This document shows positions 29,536 through 39,340 of a stretch of 64,000 bases of DNA, piece after piece; position 1 is the first letter of the stretch, and every line of letters starts with the position of its first letter. The DNA is from Alphaproteobacteria bacterium (GTDB taxonomy: Bacteria > Pseudomonadota > Alphaproteobacteria > UBA828): assembly GCA_963422645.2 (NCBI GenBank), contig CAXXVO010000013.1:1-64000 (forward strand). Direction: 5' to 3'. The position numbers and the translations under genes were made by a program. The notes below the pieces were generated by a model. That model did not search any database. It was given only the letters and a program-made list of their open reading frames with translations, and was not told where the DNA came from.

Positions 29536-30483
29536 GTGGGCGTCATGGTGGCCCCCCCTGCCCCACGCGACGGCTCCACGCCCGGCGTCCACGCCGCGGC
29601 GTTCGTCGCCATGTTCCTCATTTCGTTCAGCTATCCGATCGGCGAGGCGATCGCCAACGAGCTGGACACCGGCGTCCTGCTCTTCCTCCGTTTCGTGCTG
29701 GCGCTCGCGATCTTCGGGCCGCTGGTCGCCTGGCGCCACGGCCTCCGCTGGCCCGGCTGGCGGGTGCTTGCCGGCTATGCCGCGATCAGCACGTCGCTCG
29801 CCGCCTTCTTCTGGTGCCTGTTCTACGGCCTGCGCTTCACCAGCGCGCTCAACACCGGGGCCATCTCCACCCTGATCCCGGGCCTCACGGCAATCGGCGG
29901 CGCGATCCTCGTCGGCGAGCGACTTGGATGGCACCGCATCGCGGCCCTCGGCATCGGCCTGGTCGGTGCGCTCTGGGTGGTGTTTCGCGGAGATTGGGAC
30001 CGCTTCGTCGGGCTCGACCTCAATAGCGGCGACCTGATCGTGTTCGCAGGCTGCGTCGTAATGGGCTTCTACAGCCCGCTGGTGAAGCGCTTCCACAGGG
30101 GCGAGCCGGTGATGGTCATGACCTTCTGGATCATGGCCATGAACGCCGCATGGTTCCTGCTGCTCGCCAACAGCGCGCTATGGACCATGGAGTGGGGCGC
30201 TGTCCCGCTCTTCGCCTATGGCGGCGTCGCCTGTATCGCGGTCCTCTCGACCGTGATCTCCTTCTTCCTGATTCAGTGGAGCACGATCAGGATCGGACCC
30301 ACGCGGGTCCAGTCCTACAGCTACATTCTACCGGCCTTCGTGCTGGCGATCGACTGGGCGCTCGGCAAGGGCCTGCCGACGACGCTCACCATCCCCGGTA
30401 TCGTCATCGTGCTGGCGGCAAGCCTGGTCATCCAGCGCGGCGAGGTCTTCGCGGGCCGCTCGGCGAGCGGCGCGCGCTCCTAG
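29536..30483 (+). CDS. DMT / EamA family transporter
   Basis: About 10 TM helices, LRF, TSALN...P, ILVGERL, IGPTR. Confidence 0.88.
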   Translation: MGVMVAPPAPRDGSTPGVHAAAFVAMFLISFSYPIGEAIANELDTGVLLFLRFVLALAIFGPLVAWRHGLRWPGWRVLAGYAAISTSLAAFFWCLFYGLRFTSALNTGAISTLIPGLTAIGGAILVGERLGWHRIAALGIGLVGALWVVFRGDWDRFVGLDLNSGDLIVFAGCVVMGFYSPLVKRFHRGEPVMVMTFWIMAMNAAWFLLLANSALWTMEWGAVPLFAYGGVACIAVLSTVISFFLIQWSTIRIGPTRVQSYSYILPAFVLAIDWALGKGLPTTLTIPGIVIVLAASLVIQRGEVFAGRSASGARS

Positions 30484-30504
30484 CCTGCCCCCCCCTCACC
30501 GGGC

Positions 30505-31743
30505 TCAAAGCTTGCGGCGTTCGATCCCGAACAGGCCGGCTGTAACGGCGAGGCCGATCGCCGGGCAGATCAGCATGCACCACCAAGCGGCCTCCCAGCT
30601 GCCGAGGCCGCCGACAACGACCGCCATCAGCGGCGGCCCCAGCAGCATGCCGATCGCGGCACCCTGGGCCATGAAGCCGTTGGCCATGGCCCCGAGCTCG
30701 GGCTTCGGCACGTGCGCGGCAGCACCGGCGTACGCGGCCGCGGGCAGGATGCCGCTGCCGGCGCTGAAAACGATCGCGAGCGGGATCTTGGCATCGTCAG
30801 GCACGGATCCTGCGAGGATCAACACGCCGGTGACGGCCATGATGGCGTTCGCCGCCCCCACCAGGGCGTAGCGCGGCACCCCTCGATGCATCAGCCAGCC
30901 GCCGATCAGGTTGCCGGTGACATTCACCCCCACCACCAGCGCCGAGAAGAGCGCCGCGCCCATGGGCCCGCGGCCTTGCGTCTCGATCAGGAATGTGGGG
31001 AGCCATGCGGCGATCGCGAACCACTGGATCGTGAAGAGCAGGAACGCCCCGCCGTAGAGCCAAAGGGCGCCCACCGGCAGCGTCGCCCGCACGCCGGCCC
31101 AGTCGAAGCCCGCGTCTGCGTCGCGGCGCGGCTGCTCGGGCCAGCGACGGGGCGACATGCCGGCCACCGCGAGCACAGCCGCAATCAGCGCCGCACCGGC
31201 CATGAGCCACCAGAGGCTGCGCCAGCCCATCGACTCCGCGATGAAAGGCGCCACGAGCATGGCGAGCGCCATTCCGCCCGGCATGTAGCCGCTCCAGATG
31301 CCGAGTGTGAGGTTCCGGTCCTCGGGCCGCGAGGCGTCGAACGTGATCTTGGGCGCCGAGGACACGATGGCGGCGAAGCTGATCCCCTCGAAGACGCGGA
31401 CCGCGAGCAGCATGGCGGCATTGGTCGCGAGCGCGCCGGCAATACCGCTCAGGATGAGGACGAGAACGCCCGCAAGCAGCAGGGCGCGGGCACCGACGCG
31501 CCCCCCGGCCATTCCGGTCAGCACGCCGAAGCCCGCCCCGTAGGCGAAGAAGATGGAGGCGAGCCAGCCGGCGGTCACCTTGTCGAGCCCGAACTCGTCG
31601 GAGACCAGCCCGATGGTCGGCGGCACCTTGCCGACCGCGTAGCCGACGACGACGCTCACAAATATGGCGACCGAGACGACGCCCCACCGGGTCCGCGTCA
31701 AGCCGGTGACCGCGCCGCCTTCACTGTCTGTTGTGCCGGCCAC
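30505..31743 (-). CDS. MFS transporter
   Basis: About 12 TM helices; GKVPP, RVFEG, LGIWSGYMPGG, LGPP. Confidence 0.88.
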   Translation of the reverse strand: MAGTTDSEGGAVTGLTRTRWGVVSVAIFVSVVVGYAVGKVPPTIGLVSDEFGLDKVTAGWLASIFFAYGAGFGVLTGMAGGRVGARALLLAGVLVLILSGIAGALATNAAMLLAVRVFEGISFAAIVSSAPKITFDASRPEDRNLTLGIWSGYMPGGMALAMLVAPFIAESMGWRSLWWLMAGAALIAAVLAVAGMSPRRWPEQPRRDADAGFDWAGVRATLPVGALWLYGGAFLLFTIQWFAIAAWLPTFLIETQGRGPMGAALFSALVVGVNVTGNLIGGWLMHRGVPRYALVGAANAIMAVTGVLILAGSVPDDAKIPLAIVFSAGSGILPAAAYAGAAAHVPKPELGAMANGFMAQGAAIGMLLGPPLMAVVVGGLGSWEAAWWCMLICPAIGLAVTAGLFGIERRKL

Positions 31744-31756
31744 GCGAGTCAGCCGC

Positions 31757-32152
31757 CTAGCGCCAGGGGCCGCATGAAGAGAGCGCTTGCGTGTCCTCGT
31801 AGGCGTCCCAGACGGCGATCCTGCCGTCCCGCACGGTGAAGACCCAGCACCATTTCGCGCGGTAATGCTTGCCGCTGATCTTGGACGAGCCGGCCTCCTC
31901 GCCGTTGACGGAGACGGTGTCGCCGTCGACGACCCAGGTCTTGATGACGTGCTCGTGCATGGCGAGCGCCGCCGGCAAGACCTGGAAGTACTCCTCGATC
32001 GCCGCGCGCCCCTGCCATCGGCCCGCCCACGGCATGTCGTCGCCGCCCGGCATGTCGATCACCGCGTCGTCGGTGAACATGGCAACGATAGCGGCGGCGT
32101 CCCCGCCCGCGAGCTGGTCGAGGAAGCCCTTCACGACATCTCTTGCGGACAT
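31757..32152 (-). CDS. SnoaL / NTF2-like protein
   Basis: MFTDDA...PWAGRWQGRAAI...FTVRDGRI...YEDT. Confidence 0.85.
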   Translation of the reverse strand: MSARDVVKGFLDQLAGGDAAAIVAMFTDDAVIDMPGGDDMPWAGRWQGRAAIEEYFQVLPAALAMHEHVIKTWVVDGDTVSVNGEEAGSSKISGKHYRAKWCWVFTVRDGRIAVWDAYEDTQALSSCGPWR

Positions 32153-32298
32153 AGGCGTTGCTCCTTAGTCACGGGAGCGTGGGAGTTCGCACGCGGGCGG
32201 TTCTGCATGTGTCTTAGCACCCTACGTGCTTCTTTGCGATGTATCGCGCCCGACGCGCGCGCGCGAACGCGCAGGAGTCGTCCCCGGAACCGGGTCCC

Positions 32299-33471
32299 GT
32301 GAACGAAACGCAGCGTCTCCGCCATCCGGCGCTTCCGGCCTTGGCGGGCCTGCTGTCGCTGGCCGTCGGCATCGGCATCGGGCGCTTCGCCTATACGCCG
32401 ATCCTGCCCTACATGAGCGCCGGCCTCGAGCTCACCAAGTCGGAAGCGGGCCTGATCGCCTCGGCCAACTACCTGGGCTATCTCCTGGGCGCGCTCGGGG
32501 CGGCCTGGCGGGCGGTGCCGGGCGATCCACGCTTCTGGCTGCTGGGCGCTCTCGCGGTGAGCGGGCTCAGCACCGGTGCCATGGCGTTCACGACGAGCCT
32601 CGGCGCGTTCCTGCTCCTGCGCTTCGTGGGCGGCGCCGCCGGCGCCCTGGTGATGGTGCTCGCCTCCTCGCTGGTGATGGACCGCCTCGCCACCGCCGGC
32701 CGCGACGGCTGGGCGGCGGTGATGTACGCAGGCGTGGGCAGCGGCATCGCGATCTCGTCCCTGGCCGTTCCGGCGGCGGCGACCGGAGACGGCGACTGGC
32801 AAAGCCCGTGGTTCTTCTGCGGCGCGCTCTGCGTTGCGCTTTCTGTTCCGGTCGCGCTGCTGCTGCCGCGGACGCAAGCGCCGACGCAGGCAGCGCCTCG
32901 CGCCCGGGCCGTCACGAGAAGCGGCAGCTTCCTCCGACTGATCGTCGCCTACGGCCTGGTCGGCTTCGGCTACGTCATCACCGCCACTTTCGTCGCCGAC
33001 ATGGTGCGCGCCGATCCCGTGCTGCAGCCGGCGGAGCATCTGGTCTGGCTCTGCGTCGGGCTGACCGCGGCGCCCTCGGTAGCGCTCTGGGGCTGGGCCG
33101 GGCGGCGCTGGGGCAATGAGCACGCCTTCGCGGTCGGCTGCCTGATCGAGGCGGTGGGCGTTGCGCTCAGCGTGCTGGGCGGCGGCATCTGGCTGATCCT
33201 GCTCGCGGCCGGGCTGCTCGGCGGAACTTTTGTGGGGCTGACGGCGATCGGTCTGATCGAGGCCCGACACCGCTCGGCCGGCGACCCGCGCCGCAATCTG
33301 GCGCTGATGACCGCGGCCTGGGGGCTGGGCCAGATGGTGGGCCCGACCCTCGCGGGCGTGCTCTTCGATGCGCTTGGCGGCTACATGGTGCCGTCGCTGT
33401 TGGCCACAGCCGCGCTCGCTGTCGCCGCCGCGTTGGCCGCGAGTCTGTCGTGGCGCAAGAGCGCCGCGTGA
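32299..33471 (+). CDS. YbfB/YjiJ family MFS transporter
   Basis: GIGRFAYTPILP, ASANYLGYLLG, GFGYVITATF, GQMVGP. Confidence 0.9.
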   Translation: MNETQRLRHPALPALAGLLSLAVGIGIGRFAYTPILPYMSAGLELTKSEAGLIASANYLGYLLGALGAAWRAVPGDPRFWLLGALAVSGLSTGAMAFTTSLGAFLLLRFVGGAAGALVMVLASSLVMDRLATAGRDGWAAVMYAGVGSGIAISSLAVPAAATGDGDWQSPWFFCGALCVALSVPVALLLPRTQAPTQAAPRARAVTRSGSFLRLIVAYGLVGFGYVITATFVADMVRADPVLQPAEHLVWLCVGLTAAPSVALWGWAGRRWGNEHAFAVGCLIEAVGVALSVLGGGIWLILLAAGLLGGTFVGLTAIGLIEARHRSAGDPRRNLALMTAAWGLGQMVGPTLAGVLFDALGGYMVPSLLATAALAVAAALAASLSWRKSAA

Positions 33472-33564
33472 ACGCGCGCGGCCGTCGGCCGGAAACGGCT
33501 GGACGGATCGCCTAATTGCTGGCTTGCTTCGCTTCGGCTCTCGACAACGAAGAGGACACATCCC

Positions 33565-34896
33565 GTGGCCCTAAGTGACGCGCGCGGCGTGGCGACATCG
33601 GCGACCAACCCCAAGAGCCTGGAGACTCTGGAAGCGGCGATACGACAGTTCCAGTGCTATCGCGGCGATGCGGTCGAGACCATCGACCGGGCGCTGGCAG
33701 ACGACGCGGACTTCGTGGCGGGGCATATCTTCCGCGCCGAGATGCACACCATGCTCTGGGAGAGGACCGTGCTCCCCGAAGTCGAGGCGGAGCTCGGCCG
33801 CCTGAATGAGCTCACAGGCAAGGCCACGGAGCGCGAACGGGCCCATATCGCGGCGATTGCGGATTGGGCCGCCGGCGACTGGGACGGGATGTCGGCACGG
33901 CTCGACCGGATCGTCGCCGACGAGCCGCGCGATGTGGTGGCGCTCCAGGTCGGCCATCTCTCCGACTTCTTCCTCGGCAACCGGGACAACCTGCGCGGCC
34001 GCGTCGCCCGCGCGCTCCCGGCCTACACCGGAGACGACCCCGGCTACGGCTTCCTGCTCGGCATGGCCGCATTCGGCCTGGAAGAATGCGGCGACTACGG
34101 CGCGGCGGAGGACGCCGGCCGGCAGGCCATCGACCTGGAACCGGACGACTGCTGGGCGCAGCATGCGCTCTGCCACATCATGGAGATGCAGGCACGGCAG
34201 GAGGAAGGCATCGCCTTCATGGAAGGGCGCCGGGCCCACTGGGCGCAGGACGACAATGGCTTCGCCTTTCATAACTGGTGGCACGTCTCCCTCTTCAACC
34301 TCGACAACGATCGCTTCGACCGCGCGCTCGAAATCTGCGACGCGGCGATCCGGCCCGGGTCTTCGGAGGTCCAGCTGGAGATGCTCGATGCGGCCGCATT
34401 GCTCTGGCGCCTCCGCCTGCGCGGGATCGACACGGGCGATCGCTATGAGAAGCTGGCCGCGACTTACGAGGCGTTGGCCGAGCACGGCTTCTACGCGTTC
34501 AACGACATGCACGCGATGATAGCCTACGTCGCCACCGGCCGGGACCAAGCCGCCGATTCGCTGGAGCGGGCGGCGGCAGAGGTGGCGCAGGGCACGGGCA
34601 GCAACGCCCGCATGACCCGCGAGGTGGGGCTCCCCATCGTGCGTGCGATCCGCGCCTTCGGCGCCGAGCGCTATGGCGAGACGGTGGACCTGCTGATGCC
34701 CGTGCGCTACCGCGCGCAGGCCTTCGGCGGCAGCCACGCCCAGCGCGACATCGTCCACCGCACGCTGATCGAGGCGGCGATTCGCGCAGGCCAGCACGGC
34801 CTCGCGCAAGCGCTCGCGAACGAGCGCATGTCGTTGAAGCCGGACTGCCCCTTCAGCCGCTCACTTGGAGAGCGCGCCAGAGCGTTGACGAATTGA
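33565..34896 (+). CDS. Tetratricopeptide repeat protein (TTC38-like)
   Basis: GMAAFGLEECG, DCWAQHALCHIMEMQ, HNWWH, LDAAALLWRL, GGSHAQRD. Confidence 0.88.
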   Translation: MALSDARGVATSATNPKSLETLEAAIRQFQCYRGDAVETIDRALADDADFVAGHIFRAEMHTMLWERTVLPEVEAELGRLNELTGKATERERAHIAAIADWAAGDWDGMSARLDRIVADEPRDVVALQVGHLSDFFLGNRDNLRGRVARALPAYTGDDPGYGFLLGMAAFGLEECGDYGAAEDAGRQAIDLEPDDCWAQHALCHIMEMQARQEEGIAFMEGRRAHWAQDDNGFAFHNWWHVSLFNLDNDRFDRALEICDAAIRPGSSEVQLEMLDAAALLWRLRLRGIDTGDRYEKLAATYEALAEHGFYAFNDMHAMIAYVATGRDQAADSLERAAAEVAQGTGSNARMTREVGLPIVRAIRAFGAERYGETVDLLMPVRYRAQAFGGSHAQRDIVHRTLIEAAIRAGQHGLAQALANERMSLKPDCPFSRSLGERARALTN

Positions 34897-35082
34897 CGCG
34901 GTGACCGACCTCACCGGCTCGCGGCAGTCCCAACGACAACCCTCTCCCCCTGTGTACGCCTCTAAGTGCATCGTCGATGCTAATACACTGAAGTAGCGGT
35001 TCTATTTCCTCTTGTTGGGCCGAAAGATGCGGAATCGGTCCGCGTTTTCTCTCCGGCTGCAACAAATCGCAGGAGGAATTTC

Positions 35083-35320
35083 ATGCCAACGCTTCGCCTC
35101 GTCGAACGCCGTATCCTCGCGCTTAAGCCTCGCAAGTCTGCCTGCGACATCCGCGGCCGCGAGACTCCGCCGGCTGGGCGAGGTGCCGGCACGCCATGAG
35201 CCCGATCAGCCACAGGTCGTGGCGATCATACGCCGACACTTGCTCACCGGATGCCGCAAGAGCGAGATTGTAACCTCAAAGACGTATGCTCAACGTATGC
35301 TCAACCTTGCGAGAAGACAT
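35083..35320 (+). pseudogene. Internally deleted tyrosine integrase remnant
   Basis: MPTLRLVERRILALKPRK (Arm-type start, AGGAGG RBS), LLTGCRKSEI (box I), degenerate RYAHLA-like coding near 35295. Confidence 0.7.
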
Positions 35321-35383
35321 CGGCGGACGAGTCGCATGACCACCAATGTGCCCGAATGAATCGCTCCTAGTCAGCGGCATCGG

Positions 35384-36028
35384 ATGACCCTCTCATATAC
35401 GTCAGGCGAGAAGATCGCGGACACGGCGGTCCATGCGGTCGGCATCGCTGCAAGCATCGCGGGACTGACGATGCTGGTGATCGTCGGAAGCCGCTACGCC
35501 GGCGCCCTCCCCGTCACGACCTATGCGATCTACGGCGGCTCGGTGCTCCTGATGATCACCATCTCGGGCCTCTACCATTGGATCACCCACGCGCCGGTCA
35601 AGTCTGTGTTCCGCGTGATGGATCACTGCGCGATCTACTTGCTCATTGCCGGTACATACACTCCGGTGACGCTGCTCAGCATACGAGGAGCCTGGGGCTG
35701 GACTCTGTTCGGCGTCGTATGGGGTATCGCCATCGCCGGCGTACTGGTGAAGACGCTTCTCGTCGGCCGCTTCGAGCGCTTGTCCATCGGCCTCTACGTT
35801 CTGCTCGGCTGGGTCGGCCTGATCGGCCTGGGCCCGTTGATTGAGCATCTCTCATGGCCCGCCCTTGCGCTATTCGGCAGCGGCGGCTTGCTGTTCAGTG
35901 TCGGAGTACTGGTATTTTATAGGTGGCACAGGCTTCCCTATCACAATCTCCTCTGGCATCTCTTTGTCCTGGCGGGCGCGATGACGCACTACTTTGCGAT
36001 CATCTATTTTGTGCACCCCGTGATCTGA
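35384..36028 (+). CDS. Hemolysin III (PAQR/TrhA) family membrane protein
   Basis: SGLYH, DHCAIYLLIAGTYTP, YHNLLWHLFVLAG. Confidence 0.93.
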   Translation: MTLSYTSGEKIADTAVHAVGIAASIAGLTMLVIVGSRYAGALPVTTYAIYGGSVLLMITISGLYHWITHAPVKSVFRVMDHCAIYLLIAGTYTPVTLLSIRGAWGWTLFGVVWGIAIAGVLVKTLLVGRFERLSIGLYVLLGWVGLIGLGPLIEHLSWPALALFGSGGLLFSVGVLVFYRWHRLPYHNLLWHLFVLAGAMTHYFAIIYFVHPVI

Positions 36029-36062
36029 ATGCTGGTGCGCGGAATACCTCTAATCCCTCAAC

Positions 36063-36090
36063 TGAGGTGGCCCCGGAAAATCGGACAGGT
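36063..36090 (+). mobile_element. Isolated IS3 terminal inverted repeat
   Basis: TGAGGTGGCCCCGGAAAATCGGACAGGT identical to the reverse complement of 13440-13467. Confidence 0.85.
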
Positions 36091-36134
36091 CGCTCAGGAG
36101 TATTCCACCCTCTGACGGCGTGGGCGCGGGCGGA

Positions 36135-37838
36135 TCATGGCGACAGGCGCATCCCGTCGGCGATCTTCTCGGCGATGGCGATTGTCGTGAGGTTCGTGTT
36201 GGCGCGCGGGATGGTCGGCATCACCGACGCATCCACGACCCTGAGGCCCTGTACGCCGCGTACGCGGCATTCGCCGTCGAGCACCGCCAGCGGGTCGGCG
36301 TCCGGGCCCATGCGGCAGGTTCCGCACACGTGCCAGCCGGGCCAGACGGCGCTCTTGATCCAGTCCGCAAGCGCGCTCTCGTCCTTGACCAGGCGATGTA
36401 CATCCCGGCCGCCGGTGAGCTTGCGCCTGAGCAGTATCCGGCCCGGCCCGCCGAGATCGAGAAGCGTGCGTGCTGCGGCGGTCTTCAGCCATGTCCCCGC
36501 CGAAGGCACCATCAACCGGCGGACGGCGTCCGAGTAGCCTGCGAGGAACCACATCGTCACCTGATCCCGGACGGCGCCGGATTCCATGATGGCGTAGAGG
36601 CGGCGGAAGCCGTCGACCAGGCGCACGAGATCGCGCTCGTCCGAGAGCATGTTGAGATCGACGCGTGGCTCGTCGTGCGGCGAGGGCGTGTGAAGGCGCA
36701 CCGTGCCCCGCGAGTAGGACTTGTTGACCGCCAGGAGCATCGTGCCCATCGCCTGGCCGAGCGGATGCCAGCCCGCGGAGTTGGTCGGCATCAAGAGCAT
36801 GTCCCCCGGCGAGCATCCCTGCAGACCGGAGGAAAAACGCGCGCCGAAATAGATGTGGCGGCGCTGCCCGGCAGGCACGCGCGCGCCCGGCTTGAGATGG
36901 GCCGCGGCGCTGACGCTCGCGTGCTCCAGGAGATTGCTGCCGACGCCGGGCAGGTCGGCCACGACCTCGATGCCGTGCGAGCGCAGGTGCTCCGCCGGGC
37001 CGATACCCGCGCGGAGAAGGAGGGCCGGCGAATGAAGCGCGCCGGCGGAGATGATCGTCTCCCGCGCGTCGAAACGGACAGTCTTCCCGTCCCTCACCGC
37101 TTCGACCCCCCGCGCCAGCCCGTCCTCGACGAGGATTCGGGTCACCAGGGTCTCGGCGTGAATGGCAAGATTGCGGCGGCGGCGCGTTGCGGCGTCGAGA
37201 TAGCCGATCGCCGTGGAGACCCGGCGGCCGTACTGGTTGGAGAGCGGAACCGGATAGCAGCCGTCGGCGTCGTCGCCGTTAACATCCTGGGCGAGGGGAA
37301 GGCCGCCCTCCTGCATGGCGGCGAGCGCGGCGCGGCTGAACCCGCCCCAGTCCTTGGGAAACAGGCGGCGCACCGGGATGCGCCCGGCGCTGCCATGGCC
37401 CTCGCCGCTGAAATCCTGATCCCGTTCCAGCTTGTTGAGGTAAGGGAGGAGCCCCGCATGGGACCAGCCCTTGAGCCCCATCTCTTCCCACTCGTCGTAG
37501 TCGCCCTTCATCCCGCGCACGGCGAACTGGCCGTTGATGGACGAGCCGCCGCCCATGACGCGGGCCTGCTCGAAGCGGCTCGGCTTCACGGAAGGATCGG
37601 TTTCGGGCGAGCGGTTGTAGACGCGGAGCTCCGGCCAGTGAAAACGCGGATCGAAGTAGGCGCGCCCCGGATAGCTGTCGAGGATGATGTCGGGCACCTG
37701 CTCGGGCGGCGTGTCGGGCCCCGCTTCGAGAAGGGCCACACGCTTCGCGGGGTCGGCGGAAAGGCGGTGGGCCAGCACCGCGCCCGCCGAGCCGCCGCCC
37801 ACGATGATGGTGTCGAATGCTTCGCCCACTTGCCGCAC
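36135..37838 (-). CDS. GMC family oxidoreductase (choline dehydrogenase-like)
   Basis: GGGSAG, LLEAG, MGGGSSING, GVGSNL, HVCGTCRMG, VVDASVMP, NTN. Confidence 0.93.
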   Translation of the reverse strand: MRQVGEAFDTIIVGGGSAGAVLAHRLSADPAKRVALLEAGPDTPPEQVPDIILDSYPGRAYFDPRFHWPELRVYNRSPETDPSVKPSRFEQARVMGGGSSINGQFAVRGMKGDYDEWEEMGLKGWSHAGLLPYLNKLERDQDFSGEGHGSAGRIPVRRLFPKDWGGFSRAALAAMQEGGLPLAQDVNGDDADGCYPVPLSNQYGRRVSTAIGYLDAATRRRRNLAIHAETLVTRILVEDGLARGVEAVRDGKTVRFDARETIISAGALHSPALLLRAGIGPAEHLRSHGIEVVADLPGVGSNLLEHASVSAAAHLKPGARVPAGQRRHIYFGARFSSGLQGCSPGDMLLMPTNSAGWHPLGQAMGTMLLAVNKSYSRGTVRLHTPSPHDEPRVDLNMLSDERDLVRLVDGFRRLYAIMESGAVRDQVTMWFLAGYSDAVRRLMVPSAGTWLKTAAARTLLDLGGPGRILLRRKLTGGRDVHRLVKDESALADWIKSAVWPGWHVCGTCRMGPDADPLAVLDGECRVRGVQGLRVVDASVMPTIPRANTNLTTIAIAEKIADGMRLSP

Positions 37839-37947
37839 TCCGAAAACACCCTGGCGGCGCGCCCGACGTCACGTCGAAACGGACCGCGCCATCGGGCTAG
37901 TGTAACGTTCGGCGTGCGCCGTCAAGGTCGTTCACGGCAGGAATTTC

Positions 37948-39213
37948 ATGGCAGCACGAAGAGTCGCGGTCATCGGTGCCGGCGTTGTCGGAACCGTCGC
38001 CGCGTGTTTCCTGAAACGCGAGGGCCACGAGGTCACGCTCTACGACCGTGACGCGCCGGGCTCCGGCGCCTCCTTCGGCAACTCCGGGGTGATATCGCCC
38101 GCCGCCGTGATGCCCGTGGCGACGCCGGGTCTCCTCAGGAAGGTTCCCCGCTGGCTGCTCGACGAGACCGGCCCGCTCTATCTCGATTGGCGCGAGCTGC
38201 CGCGCCTCGTGCCCTGGCTCATCGCCTTCCTGCGCGCGGGCCGCGAAGACAGGGTGCGGGCGATTTCGGCAGCTCTGGCGACACTCAACGGCCCGACTCT
38301 CGATCTGCTCATGCCGCTCCTACACGAAGCCGGCCTCGATGCGCTGGTCCAAAGGAAGGGCATGCTCTACGTCGACCCGATCGGGCAGGAGGGCGTTCGC
38401 GAGAGCCTCTCCGTCTCGCTGCAGCGGGCGGCGGGATACAGGGTCGAGGAGCTCGACGCCGGCGGCCTCCGGGATCTGGAGCCGGCGCTGGCGCCGGGGT
38501 TCGCTTCAGGTGTCTATGTGCCGGCGGCTGCGCATACCGTCGACCCGCACCGCCTCGTCACCGGACTGGCCGAGCATTTCGAGCGCCAAGGCGGGGCGTT
38601 TACACGCGGGCGCGTCGACCGCATCGTGGCGAGGGCCAGAGATCGCGCCGCGGTCGATGTCGGCGGCGAAATCCGCGACTACGACGCCGTCGTCGTGGCC
38701 GCGGGCGTCTGGTCCAAGCCGCTGGTTGCGGGGCTTGGCTATCGCGTTCCTCTCGTGGCGCAGCGCGGCTACCACGTGACCTTCACCAACCCCGGTGTCG
38801 TTCTCAGCAGGGTGGTCCTGCCGGTGGCACTGCCTGCCACCATCGTACCCATGGCGATGGGTATCCGGATCGGCGGCACCGTGGAGTTCGCGCGGGAGAA
38901 CCGGCCCGCCAACCAGAGGCGCGCAGACGCGCTCTGCCGCCACGCCAAGACGACACTTCCCGCGCTTCGCATCGACGAGCGCACGACCTGGATGGGCGAG
39001 CGGCCATGCACGCCGGACAGCCTGCCCGTGCTCGGCCGGGCGCCGCGCCATCCGGCGGTCCTGTTCGCCTTCGGCCATGGGCACCAGGGGGTCATCGGCG
39101 CCGCGAAGACCGCCGAGGTGATTGCCGATCTCGTCGCGGAGCGGGCGCCGAGCCTCGATCTCGCGCCCTTCGATGTGGGGCGGTTCAGGCTGCTAGAGCG
39201 CGTCCGTCGTTGA
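37948..39213 (+). CDS. FAD-dependent oxidoreductase, D-amino acid dehydrogenase (DadA) family
   Basis: GAGVVG, ASFGNSG, RGYH, GGTVEF, WMGERP..PDSLP, FGHGH. Confidence 0.9.
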   Translation: MAARRVAVIGAGVVGTVAACFLKREGHEVTLYDRDAPGSGASFGNSGVISPAAVMPVATPGLLRKVPRWLLDETGPLYLDWRELPRLVPWLIAFLRAGREDRVRAISAALATLNGPTLDLLMPLLHEAGLDALVQRKGMLYVDPIGQEGVRESLSVSLQRAAGYRVEELDAGGLRDLEPALAPGFASGVYVPAAAHTVDPHRLVTGLAEHFERQGGAFTRGRVDRIVARARDRAAVDVGGEIRDYDAVVVAAGVWSKPLVAGLGYRVPLVAQRGYHVTFTNPGVVLSRVVLPVALPATIVPMAMGIRIGGTVEFARENRPANQRRADALCRHAKTTLPALRIDERTTWMGERPCTPDSLPVLGRAPRHPAVLFAFGHGHQGVIGAAKTAEVIADLVAERAPSLDLAPFDVGRFRLLERVRR

Positions 39214-39340
39214 CGAAAACGCTCCAGCATTTTGTCGCTCACGGCAGCCGGCCTCCGGCCGGCGCCTCCGCGAGGGCGCCGCAGGGCGGCGGGCCGCAGT
39301 CGCGGCCTGTCGCGCGTCCGTCAAAGACGGACGCGCTCTA
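39194..39340 (-). repeat. TAGAGCG...CGCTCTA MITE-like repeat, copy 2 (147 bp)
   Basis: Reverse-complement match to 2430-2577; overlaps the stop codons of both convergent genes. Confidence 0.85.
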
